A DNA stretch of 64,000 nucleotides from Octopus sinensis (Eukaryota), in contig NC_043000.1 of NCBI RefSeq assembly GCF_006345805.1, forward strand, positions 46,872,001-46,936,000, in the 5' to 3' direction. The position numbers and the translations under genes are program-made. Shown piece after piece: positions 52,372 through 64,000 of this stretch (the first letter of the stretch is position 1; each line of letters opens with the position of its first letter). The notes beneath the pieces were generated by a model. It saw only the letters and a list, made by a program, of their open reading frames with translations. It was not told where the DNA came from and ran no database searches.

Positions 52372-53566
52372 TTAAGGTGGTACTCCAGCATGGCTCCAGT
52401 CAAATGACTGAAACAAATAAAACAATAAAAGAATAACACATTGAGCTTATAAGCTTATCCTTTGATACTTCCTCACTATCACACTTTCCCCTCTTTGAGG
52501 TACCACTCCAACCATCCCCATCTGCCTATGTAAAGTGCAATGTAGCCATGAGTCTCCCTGAAAGACTTGTCTGCTTTCATGCAATTATCAGTTGGATGGG
52601 TTTTTATGCTCAGTCTCATACATTTTGTGTGTTATTCCTTTCATAAATGGATACTCACATATCATTCAGCTTTGTGTATACAGTTGGATACATTTCCTAT
52701 TAGCTATCACTTTACAGGGTGTACTAGGTGCGTTTTGTAGTACCAGTACCTCAAAATGGTACTAGTGATATAAAGAAGGGTGCATTCTGCACCAAATGCC
52801 AGTATAAGAGTTTTTTTCATAGTATCTACTACAGTATAGTTGTGGATGTTCTAACGGAACAGCCATATTTAAGTGGATATAAATATTTCTTTTGTTACAA
52901 ATAAATATTCTTTTAAGAAGCCCACTGGCAAATTGCAATACCTGTACTTGTTTTGACAGTGTTTTTCTACATAATGCTGGTGGGAAGATAGGTCTCTGCT
53001 ATCTCTAACAGTTGAGCATCCATCCTTGATGAGACTAAGGAAGATCGAAATCAAGTGACCTGATGTACTTGGCGCTGGGGGTGGTGGGGATTTATCTCCC
53101 TGTAAATGATATAAACAAGAGTTCATTTTGCACCAAAAGCCAATATGGAGTTTCTCTCATGGTAACTACTGCAGAACATCCACGTTTAAGTGGGGATAAA
53201 TATTACCTCTCATTATTAATACTGACGCTGTCACAAATATATTCTTTTAAACAAGTACCAGAATGTCTCATACCTCCATCACTTTTACATAGAATGTATT
53301 TTTGAAATTCCACTGTGACACCAGTAAAAGAGGAATGATGATTTGTTTACAGAACAACATTGAGATTACTCAGAGACATGTGAACCAGGAGTTGATACTA
53401 TGAAAGGCAAAGGTGCAAGCAGTGACACCAAAAGCAGGTAAGAGGAGTAAGTAAGTGAGAAGAGTACTCAATAGTCAAGGGTATGAACATTTGCTCAGGT
53501 AACCTAAGGTTTCTCAATAATCTATAGCTTATGTATTTGCTCAGGTAACCAATGTATATGTGTGTG

Positions 53567-53603
<37 letters not shown>

Positions 53604-54338
53604 AGCATATATATATATATACGTATATATAGCATGCTGGTAATTTGTATAAATTGATATATACATGTATTTATATGTTTACCTATATATATATATAATT
53701 ACTTACATATGTATACACATCCACATGTATCATATGAATGAATTAACAAACGCATATCTACGTATTTTATGTATGATGAATGTATATGCATGCATAAATG
53801 TATTTGCATAAGTGTGTGTGTGAGAGAGAGAGTGTATATGTATATATATATATATATATATTATATATTTATATAAGTATATATATATAGAGAGAGAGAG
53901 AAAGTGATATTATATACACCCATATATTCATGCATATTTGCATATATATATATACACACACATACATACATTCATACATACATACATACATACATACATA
54001 CATACATACATACATACATACATACATACAACACACCTACACATACAAAATCTTGTTATTCATCTATTCATGCTTAATAAATGAGAATTAATAATTGAAA
54101 ACCTTAAATTTGCACTGAAATAAGAAATAGAGATGTCAAGTTTGATTTGAAGTTGTTTGTATTAAATTAAAATTATAGATATTCTTTACTTAGATAAAAA
54201 AAAAAGGAAAAAATACTCGCTATGAATTCAGTTCTGAAAACACAAGATGAAACAGAGTCTTTTCCAAAAGTTCATGTTGGTTCTTTATTAAACACTTACA
54301 CATACACTCAAACATGTGTGCACAGAAGACCATGCTGC

Positions 54339-54465
<127 letters not shown>

Positions 54466-54931
54466 TATATATATAGATATATAGATAGATATAGATAGAT
54501 AGATATAGATATGTATATATGTATGTACGTATGTATGTATATCTAATATGACATACCCAACATACAATAATAACTTGCAGATAGATTATATTTTGATAAA
54601 TTTTTCTGGGTATTGAAAATAAAGGTTCAGGCGTATGCATTTAATATATAAATATTAATAATTTGAAATTCTACTTTATTCATGACACACTATGAGACAT
54701 TTTGAGATTTTATATGAATTTGAAAATACAAATGTTTGTAAATTGTTCTGTTAATATTCGTATCTGATAAACATGTTAGTCTCAAATTACAAAACAACTG
54801 AATGTTATAAATTAGTTTATTGTGGTTTCAGCGTAGAAAATGCTTGCCGAGCTCTTTGCTCCTTTGCTAGTTTCTCAGCTTAAGAGCTTTGGTTATGTTG
54901 GGGCACCATCAATTACAAAGAAAAAGAAAAA

Positions 54932-55282
54932 AAAAAGGAAACAATTCACAAATTTGCACATTATCCTTGTACAGGGATCATGCTAATCTCTTTTACTCTT
55001 TTACTCTTTTACTTGTTTCAATCATGTGACTGTGGCTATGCTGGAACACCACCTTTAGTCGAGTAAATCAACCCTAGGACTTATTCTTTGTAAGCCTAGT
55101 ACTTATTCTATCGATCTCTTTTGCCGAACCGCTAAGTTATGGGGACGTAAACACACCAGCATCAGTTGTCAAGCGATGTTAGGGGGACAAACACAGACAC
55201 ACAAACATATGCACACACATACATATATATACATATAAACAATAGTCTTATTTCAATTTTAGTATATGTTGTGCCAATGCAT
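54932..55282 (-). pseudogene. U6: U6 snRNA pseudogene split by a SINE A 3' half (54991-55240)
   Basis: Minus strand: ACATATACTAAAATTGAAA (55251-55269) and AGATTAGCATGATCCCTGTACAAGGATAATGTGCAAATTTGTGAA (54947-54989) match U6 ACATATACTAAAATTGGAA and AGATTAGCATGGCCCCTGCGCAAGGATGACACGCAAATTCGTGAA. Confidence 0.9.
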
Positions 55283-55414
55283 TAGATTAAATGTTTGTGG
55301 TATTACTCCAAAAGTTGTAAACATTCATTTTGGTTTAGTTTCCATTAACTTTTAAAGTTCTTATAAATGAAATTGAATATTGTGCCTCTACATGATCACT
55401 CAGCCTGCTAGAAG

Positions 55415-55734
55415 ACTCCGCCGGTTACGACGACGAGGGTCCCAGCTGATACGATCAACGGAACAGCTTGCTCGTGAAATTAACGTGCAAATGGCTGAGC
55501 ATTCCACAGACACGTGTACCCTTAACGTAGTTCTCGGGGATAATCAGTGTGACACAGAGAGTGACAAGGCTGACACTTTGAAATACAAGTACAACTCATT
55601 TTTGCCAGCTGAGTGGACTGGAGCAACGTGAAATAAAGTGTCTTGCTCAAGGACACAACGCGTCGCCGGGAATCGAACTCACAACCTTACGATCATGAGC
55701 CGAATGCCCTAACCACTAAGCCACGCGCCCTCAC
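55415..55734 (-). mobile_element. tRNA-derived SINE family C2 with 11-bp TSD
   Basis: TSD CCTGCTAGAAG at 55404-55414 and 55735-55745; intact A box TGGCTTAGTGG and B box GTTCGATTCC. Confidence 0.92.
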
Positions 55735-55811
55735 CCTGCTAGAAGTAGTTACTAAATCTTTCACAAGTCATAGCTTACCATCTTATAAAAAAAAAAAAGG
55801 ACAAAACTGTT

Positions 55812-56230
55812 AGGTGCAGGAGTGGTTGTGTGGTAAGTAGCTTGCTTACCAACCACATGGTTCCAGGTTCAGTCCCACTGCATGGCAACTTGGGCAAGTG
55901 TCTTCTACTATAGCCTTGGGTCGACCAAAGCCTGTGAGTGGATTTAGTAGACGGAAAGGAAAAGAAGCCCATCGTATATATGTATATATATATACATATA
56001 TATGTGTGTGTGTATAAGTTTATGTGTCTGTATTTGTTCCCCCAACATCGCTTGACAACCAATGCTGGTGTGTTTACGTTCCCGTAACTTAGTGGTTCGG
56101 CAAAAGAGACCAATAGAATAAGTACTAGGCTTACAAAGAATTAGTCCTGGGTTCGATTTGCACGACTAAAAAGTGGTGCTACAGCATGACCGCAGTCAAA
56201 TGACTGAAACAAGTAAAAGAATAAAAGAAT
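55812..56230 (+). mobile_element. SINE family A, full length
   Basis: Same as 476-871. Confidence 0.9.
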
Positions 56231-58130
56231 AATGTAATCCTGAGAGGAGCGTTTGAAGAAAAAGAAAAGATAGTCATTAAGTGCCTTGGCCCTTTATCAT
56301 TTAAACTGGCCATATCTGGCCCAAATATTGTATCTTTTATGTTCAAACTGACCAGATGCAACCTCTCACATCTACTCTGCAATAACATTCTAAAAACTAA
56401 ACCTGGGGTTCTCGACCATTTTTTATTTATTGATTACTACTTTATTTTGGTGGACCTTCATAGATGTTTAAAAGCTAGTTTTATAGTAACCTTTTAAAAT
56501 TTCTGGTGGCACGTAAATAGCACCAATCCGATCGTGGCCGTTGCCAGCCTCGCCTGGCACGTAAAAAGCACCCACTACACTCTCAGAGTGGTTGGTGTTA
56601 GGAAGGGCATCCAGCTGTAGAAACACTGCCAGATCAGACTGGAGCCTGGTGCAGCCTTCTGGCTTCCCAGTTCCCCGGTCGAACCATCCAGCACATGCTA
56701 GCATGGAGAATGGACATTAAACGATGATGATGATGATGATGATGGTTTTTCACACATTAACTATGTAAAATGTTAAAGAAATAAACCTAGTTGATTCTTG
56801 CAATACATACCAATACATACATGGTGTGGAGAGGGGAGGATGGTATGCATGGATGACTGCTGGTCTTCCGTAAACAACCTTACCCAAACTGGTGCCTCAG
56901 AGGGTAACTCTCTAGGTGCAATCCCATGGTCATTTATGACTGAAGGAGGTCTTTACCCTGGTACTAAACAATAGCAATGACAACTCTCATCAGATGCTCA
57001 TGCCCAAAACAAATCTGCAAGAAGATTCCTTGTTCTTTTCCTATTTAACTTAACAGAATGTTTACAGGGAGGGGTGGAGGGCGGGCTGAAATGTTCCTAG
57101 CTTTAAGGGTATTGCGAAAGGCCTGGTTGGAGGCCTAGCCTTCCAAGTTCTTTTACAGAGCTCAGAAAATCAGAAGAACTATTATAATATATTTCTTTAT
57201 TACCTACAAGGGGCTAAACATAGAAGGGACAAACAAGGACAGACAAAGAGATTAAGTCGATTACATCGACCCCAGTACGTAACTGGTACTTAATTTATCG
57301 ACCCCCGAAAGGATGAAAGGCAAAGTCGACCTCGGCAGAATTTGAACTTAGAACGTTAACGACAGACGAAATGCCGATAAGCATTTCACCCGGTGCGCTA
57401 ACATTTCTGCCAGCTCGCCGCCTTAGAAGGACTACTATAATAAGTGTGGGAAACTGAGAAGGGAATATTTTGTATAAAATCATAATTAACAAATTCTCCT
57501 GTAGTTTCTTTTATTCAAACCCAGGAATTTTTCAGCACCCACCTCATATATGTGATCTGTATTATCTACAGCTAAAGCTTTGAAATATAGATACTGTGCT
57601 TTTATTTGGAATATACATTTCAGTAATTCTAACTTATACTGTTCTATATACATACAGACATACATATATGTGTGTGCATGAATGTGTGAGTGTGAATGAG
57701 CGTGTAGATATACTTATAACTGCTGATAATGATGATGATGATGATGATGACAATGACATTGAAGATGGGGTGGAGAAGAAGCAAGAAGAGGAAGAGAGGG
57801 AAGGGGAGGAGAAGCAAAAATATTTAGTGATGATGATGATGATGATGATGACAACTTTGTTTCTTGATTTAAGCAACGTAAATTAGTTTCTATCATATCT
57901 TCACGTCTATGAATATTACTTTTCACTAGTATTTATGAGTAGTATTGTTTTTAGAATTTTTATTTGTAATTCTTAAATTGTTACAAATTAATTTTATTGA
58001 TATTCTTAGAAAACATTTTGTTTCTGTACTTCTCATTCTTATTCTTATTGAAATTTCGTTTACATATCTATATTCATATCTATATCTATGTCTGTCTCTT
58101 TCTCTCTCTCTTCTCTCTCTCCCTCTTTTG

Positions 58131-58164
<34 letters not shown>

Positions 58165-58176
58165 ATTATATATATG

Positions 58177-58218
<42 letters not shown>

Positions 58219-58227
58219 TGTATATAC

Positions 58228-58259
<32 letters not shown>

Positions 58260-59107
58260 GAATGTATATACGCAAATATATCTTCAATAGATATATTCAA
58301 AGATAGTTTATAAAATCCCAACTTAATAAAGAAATTATTTGTTTACTACAAAAATTTCCAATATTTTGTCAAAATTAAAGATACTGACGAAATAAAATAA
58401 ATACATTTTGATGCCTATTGCAGCTCCTCAAAAGCAATAAAACACCATCTTTAATAAAAGAGTTACATTAATATATATACTGTACAAAAGATATTGTAAT
58501 GTAGACATTTTTCGTCTTTAATCTAAAAGATTTGATTAAGCTGTCAAATTTAAGAAAATCTATCAGTAAAAATAAATTAGACATGTTAAAAGGAAAAGTA
58601 AATCCTTTCTTTTAATGGAAATCTTTCTTAATTTTCTTGCTTTTTTTTTTTCAAATTTACAGTGTGAAATATCTAAATTTTATCAATTTCATAACGAAAT
58701 CCTTGAAGATTTTATAGAACAATCCAAATAATATTACCCCCCTTGATATCAATTTACTCTTTATTACTGTTTCTATAAACCAGAAAATCCAGTACTATAT
58801 TTTAATTTCTAGATGTCTTATGAAATTATTTGATTCTCATAATAATTATATATAAAATTTATGACCTATTTTTTGCTGATATTTTTAATTGAAACAATTC
58901 TTTGTTAAATCAGTTCTATTCTTTATACAATTTAAGCAAACAATTTGTTTATCTTCACATAGTATTTAATTTTTTTTTATAAATTTCATCTTTCCTTTCA
59001 GATTTTTATGTACTTTTATCTCTGAAAGAAACAAGGTCAGTTATTTCTCTTGGAACTTAAATCCCTTCTTCAATATACCAAGTTGAATGATCCTGGGATA
59101 TGTTTGA

Positions 59108-59326
59108 CCCATTATCATTCAAACTGGCTATATCTGACCCAAATATTTTACCTGTTTTATATCCAAATGGGCGAGATTTGAGCTCTTGTACCTCCTTATA
59201 ATGTCATTCAAAAAATATGCAGTCACATCATTAACATCTTGAAATTATAAGATAATGCATGATTAATGGAAAACAATGTGAATAAATAAGCATTACATTT
59301 GACAGAGTAATCTGAATGCTAAAGAG
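59108..59326. mobile_element. Old piggyBac-type MITE (second family)
   Basis: Ends TTGA-CCCATTATCATTCA and TGAATGCTAAAGAG-TTGA (decayed TTAA and TIR); partial relative at 56286-56400. Confidence 0.6.
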
Positions 59327-62239
59327 TTGAATTTTGCACATTAACTGTTATATCATATACAGCAAGCTGCTATGACATTACCTCCAAATTTCCTTTTAAT
59401 TTACTAAGTACAAATAAATTTGACTGAGATGATTTCATTCCAACTTATTGATCATGACCAGAAGAATATTTTTAAATGGCCACAGGAAATTTAGAGAAAT
59501 AATGCACATTTTTTGATAGAGAAATTCTCTCTTTTATATTTTTCACAAATCTGTTTATTCTTTACACAAAAAGATACTGATTGAAAAAATAGACTCAAGT
59601 TCAGCTTCAGTGCAAAATTCTGTATTCCACCAATTTTGTTTTTTAAACTATTAATCCAATTGTTAAAACAATTTCTATTTCCTCTTTAAGTACAAAGTAC
59701 ACATCCATTTAAAAGTTGGAAAATATGTCACTTTCTCAATTCTATTATGTTCAACTCTTTTAGTTACATCATTTGATAATGCATGCAATATTTTGTCTGT
59801 GCTTATATAATATCCATTTACTGTTCCTTCCTGATTGGTTTACAATGAAATTAAGGACAAGCACTTAAAATTCTTTCCTTCTTCAAAGTTTTGTGATTTT
59901 GAAATCCTTAAATCTGTTATTTCAGCAAACATCTCAAAATATTTTATACTGTTATCCTTGTTTTCAAAGACATCTGCAAGAGTTTCCAAATTATTGACTG
60001 TAACATTTGGTTTTTACAAAACTGCTCTACTCATCATCTCCATTCATCTTGACTTAGGCAGTTTAAAAGCTTAAGTATTTGCTACATGTTACATACTATG
60101 CCTGCTAGATTCTCTAAGCTACATATTTGTCTGTTCTAGCAATTGCTCCACAACTTGATTTATTACTTTGGAAATCTGTTATCTTCTCTAACCATCCTTG
60201 GTTCAGCTTTAATTAGTTCTTCAAATTATTGTCTTTCTAACACCACTTGCCTAACATCAAACCTCGTTATAATGCAAACTGCTTACTGCATAACAGTCAG
60301 TATTAGGCCTTTAAAATTCCCATGCTTTTAAATAATTGCTGTAAGCATTTCATGCTTTAAATCATTCAAACTTCCCTTCACATTTAATACAATTCAAATA
60401 AAGTATCAGCATACTTTCATTTACTAATCCTTATTGAAGAATTTCTGTTTTGAGGAGTTGCATTTCTGGAATAACATTCAAAGATATATAAAAGACTTTC
60501 ATTCAAAGAACAAAATCTGTTCATTATCTCATTAAAGTTGAATGTTGTTATTTCAAATCAAAGAATCCTAAAAATCTTTCCTTCTGCTAGAACTAAAATC
60601 TGATATCTATCAATACTATCACTGCTACTAAATTTAGAGCTATTAAACCAGAGATGAAATTTCCACCAGGTAAATTTACCTGCTAAAATTAACCTCAAAA
60701 TCACCTTCAAATTATGCCCTAATATTTAAAAAAAAAGGAAAAATACATTGAGTAATGTAATCCTTGATACACTATGTCTAAAACCAAGGTGGCATGTACA
60801 TGGGTGATATGCTTTTTATTTACCTATTCCAATCTGAGCTAGAGCTATAGGTGAAAATGTTACCTTTACATGTCATGTCAACTCGAAAAGGCCGGTTTTC
60901 CCAGTTTCCATGGGATATAAATTCCCCACCTGGATGGGACGCCAGTCCATTACAGGATTACTCACTTTTGTCAGTTTAGTGAACTGGAGCAATGTGCAAT
61001 GAAGTGCTTTGTTCAGGAATACAACATGTTGCCTGGTCCAAGAATCAAAACCACAATCTTATGATCATCCACGTGCCTCCACTATGCTAGAGCTATACAA
61101 CAACATCGATACAGAACTATGCTTATATATCCTTAATAATATACTTCACTTCTCAATCCCCCTAACTCAGTTTATTTCAAAGCTATGCTAAAATTATATT
61201 CTTCCTTGTTTAAAAAAACCCATTTCAGTTACTATCTTAATACCTTTTATTTTTAGACACTTTAATTTCTATTCTTTTCATACCCAAATAAATACCCATA
61301 TGTTGTTCACCTTTTTCCTGACTTTCTCTTAGTACTTTTCCCAGTTCTTCCTTCCTTCTTATAATGTAAGCTTTCTGGAATTTCTTATTGCCCATGGTTT
61401 TCCCTACAGTCATCAATGCTCACATAAAACAGTCCCACATGTTTCAGACAAACTGCAAAGGCCATGTCCATCAACCCCTTTCAGATCAAAGTATAATATT
61501 ATACTTACAATTTTATCTTTTTTGGCTAAACTATTTAGTTCATCTGATATATACAATGCTATGAAATCTGTATCTTAAGCAGTAGGTTTCCACATCAGAA
61601 CAAGAAAATGTATCAATGCAATTAAAAACCACACTGGAATATTGTTCACACATATGAAATATTGAAGTTGCACACTTATAGATTGTAGATGATAACCAAA
61701 AGAAGGTCATACACTTGATTCCTGATGATTCCTTCAGTAGGAGGAGTGGTGGATATGTAAGCAGGATCAGTAGATCATCAACAAAATAACCTTACAGGAT
61801 TATGTTTCTTATTTCTTTATTGCCCACATGGGGCTAAACATTAGAGGGGACAAACAAGGACAGACAAAGGGATTAAGTTGATTACATCGACCCCAGTGCG
61901 TGACTAGTACTTAATTTATCGACCCTGAAAGGATGAAAGGCAAAGTCGACCTCAGAAGAATTTGAACTCAGAATGTAACGGCAGACGAAATACTGCTAAG
62001 CATTTTGCCCAGTGTGCTAATGTTTCTGCCAGTTTGCCTCCTTCTTTCAGTTTCTGTCTATCAAATCCATTCCCAAGGTTTTGGATGGACTGAAGCTATA
62101 GCAGAAGTCACATGCTCTAAGCACATGCAGTGAAGAAAATCTGGAACCACATGGTTGGAAAAAAAATCTTCTTACAACACAACTGTACATATCTAATATA
62201 CACATCAATTTCATAAAAAATAATATGATTAATGTCATG

Positions 62240-63560
62240 TTCAACAATGTGTGCAATTGCTTTCTGAAAGATTGCATTGACTGTTTAAATTCTGTATGAA
62301 AGATACGTCTATCTTAAAAGAATAATTTGTGTATCTATCATACAACATTTGTTTGCTTCAGAATGTATTTCTATTTGATGATAAGACCCCTTGAAATCTA
62401 ATTTAGCAAAATAATACATGCCAGATAGGGAATGTAATATCGATTCAATTCTTGGAATTAGATAGGAAGCTGTTTTGTAGTCTCCACATATTCTGAGATT
62501 TCCATTCACCTTTCAAACAACTATTAAAGGAGAGGCTCATTTACTTCCTCCGGAAAGAACTTCATCTGAAAGACCTTCGTTAATTAGCATCCTCGGCTTT
62601 GCTGTGACTAATTGTTTAATGTGTATTGGCAATGGTATTGCTTCAAAATAACATGGGCTGATATTTCCTTTGAGAAGAATGTTAGCCTTAAAACCTCTTA
62701 ATCTCCCAAATTGTCCTGAAGCTTCAATTTCATGAATTAATATTGAACTATCAACATTCATCACGTTCATACATGATAAGCCATGATTTTTTTTTTGCTT
62801 TTGTTTTTCGTTTAGCAACAATGACATTTGCACCTTCTGTTCTCATAGCAGTCTCCATTAATGCATTAAATTTTTCCAAAAATTTCAATGCATGATCCAT
62901 CAAATTGTTTTAGTTTGAAATCACACTATCTCAATTTTAGGTTTATTCAAATCCATCTAGAAATTGTGAGATATTACAGTTACCTGACTGCCAGTGTCAA
63001 TTTGCATCTTAAATTTAGCATTATTGATTTTTCACATTGATTATCAAAGTTTTTTTAAGGCCAATTTCATAAATATTTTGCAGCATGCTCATTTACAATG
63101 TCTTCAGATTCCTTATTCTTTTTTTTTTATAGATTACTGCCATAATATGATTCTTTTCTTGACACTAAATACAGATTTTACTGAATGCAGGACATTTTTG
63201 TTGTACATGCTTGTATCCTTAAAAGCAACAATTACAATCAAATTTATAAAGGTTTACATAAACATGTGATTCAGTGATATCACCAAGGTCATTGCCCTGT
63301 TTTTTTTGTTTGTTTTTTTTTTCTTTTCAATCATCTGAAATTTAGAAATCATTTCAATCAGATGAATAAATTCAACAGAAGCATTAGCCTTCACATCATC
63401 TGAATGAAGATATTCTTGTACTGTCACGTGATACTCAGAGCATTTCATGCCATATATGAGTCATGTTTCAATTTTGTCTTCTGCACTTTTGTCTTTTAGT
63501 TCTAATTTCATCAAATTCAAGAAAATAAGCTGATTTATATAATCTTTAAGAATGACCTTG
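62240..63560 (-). mobile_element. Decayed Ty3/Gypsy gag-pol fragment
   Basis: Protease MQIDTGSQVTVI near 62975-63008; RT NGNLRICGDYK..YLIPRIE..FAKLDFKGSYHQI; no LTRs seen. Confidence 0.88.
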
Positions 63561-63689
63561 AATAGATTCAATAAAATTTTAATGCTGTTTAAGAAGCTAA
63601 CCCTTTCAACAACCATTGATTTTGGGTAGGGACAAAGTGATGAACTAAAGCAGATCTTAAGAAAAAATAAATGCACCCTTTTTAAATCC

Positions 63690-63908
63690 TAGCCAGGCTC
63701 ATGGGCCTGGTTTCCAGGTTTCTATGGCGTATGTATTCCCCAGCTGGATGGGACACTAGTCCATCACAGCGTTACTCATTTTTGTCAGCTGAGTGGACTG
63801 GAGCAATGTGTTTTGCTCAAGAACACAATGCGTCGCCCAGTCCAGGAATCAAAACCACAATCTTATGATCATGATGCTGACAACCTAACCACTAAGCCAC
63901 ACGCCTCC
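63690..63908 (-). mobile_element. SINE family C3
   Basis: Head GGAGGCGTGTGGCTTAGTGGTTAGG; tail GCTGTGATGGACTAGTGTCCCATCCAG..GAAACCAGGCCCATGAGCC. Confidence 0.85.
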
Positions 63909-64000
63909 AAAGCAGATCTTACATTGCTAAAATTCATTCACTCATGAGACTTCATTGCTTTTGTTATTAAGACCCAGAACATTTTTCACTGTTGCAGTAG

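Noticed and set aside
55660-55734. tRNA gene candidates (also 2490-2560, 31705-31780, 63840-63908)
   Set aside because: A and B boxes continue into SINE bodies, and one copy has a TSD; these are SINE heads.
59002-59035. Possible 34-nt exon (tttcctttcag..AAG/gtcagt); similar weak sites near 15880-15985, 35570-35615 and 41410
   Set aside because: Splice-like signals are common by chance in AT-rich DNA; no recognisable peptide or consistent exon chain.

Overview
AT-rich eukaryotic repeat-dominated DNA. The SINE families, microsatellite density and TE mix point to a cephalopod, most likely Octopus (inference, no search run). No intact host protein-coding gene was recognised; nearly all listed ORFs are microsatellite or SINE artefacts. 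The window is a mosaic of four or more SINE/short-retroposon families and decayed transposons: mariner, maT/DD37D, Tc1, hAT, piggyBac-type MITEs, RTE, Tx1/L1, CR1-group, R4/Dong-type RLE LINEs, Penelope-like elements (PLEs) and Ty3/Gypsy. It also holds a SINE-split U6 snRNA pseudogene, a 1.3 kb tandem duplication and a probable fossil leucine-rich-repeat array. The most interesting signal is a set of type I hammerhead ribozyme (HHR) motifs found by eye: one fully canonical (6769-6817, minus strand) and several variants inside short fold-back elements, mostly beside (TA)n tracts, including a 118-bp near-perfect palindrome with a U3-A8 compensatory core. HHRs in PLE terminal repeats are a known phenomenon; whether these particular families and variants are described could not be checked. 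Repeat boundaries are approximate unless a TSD or TIR is quoted.
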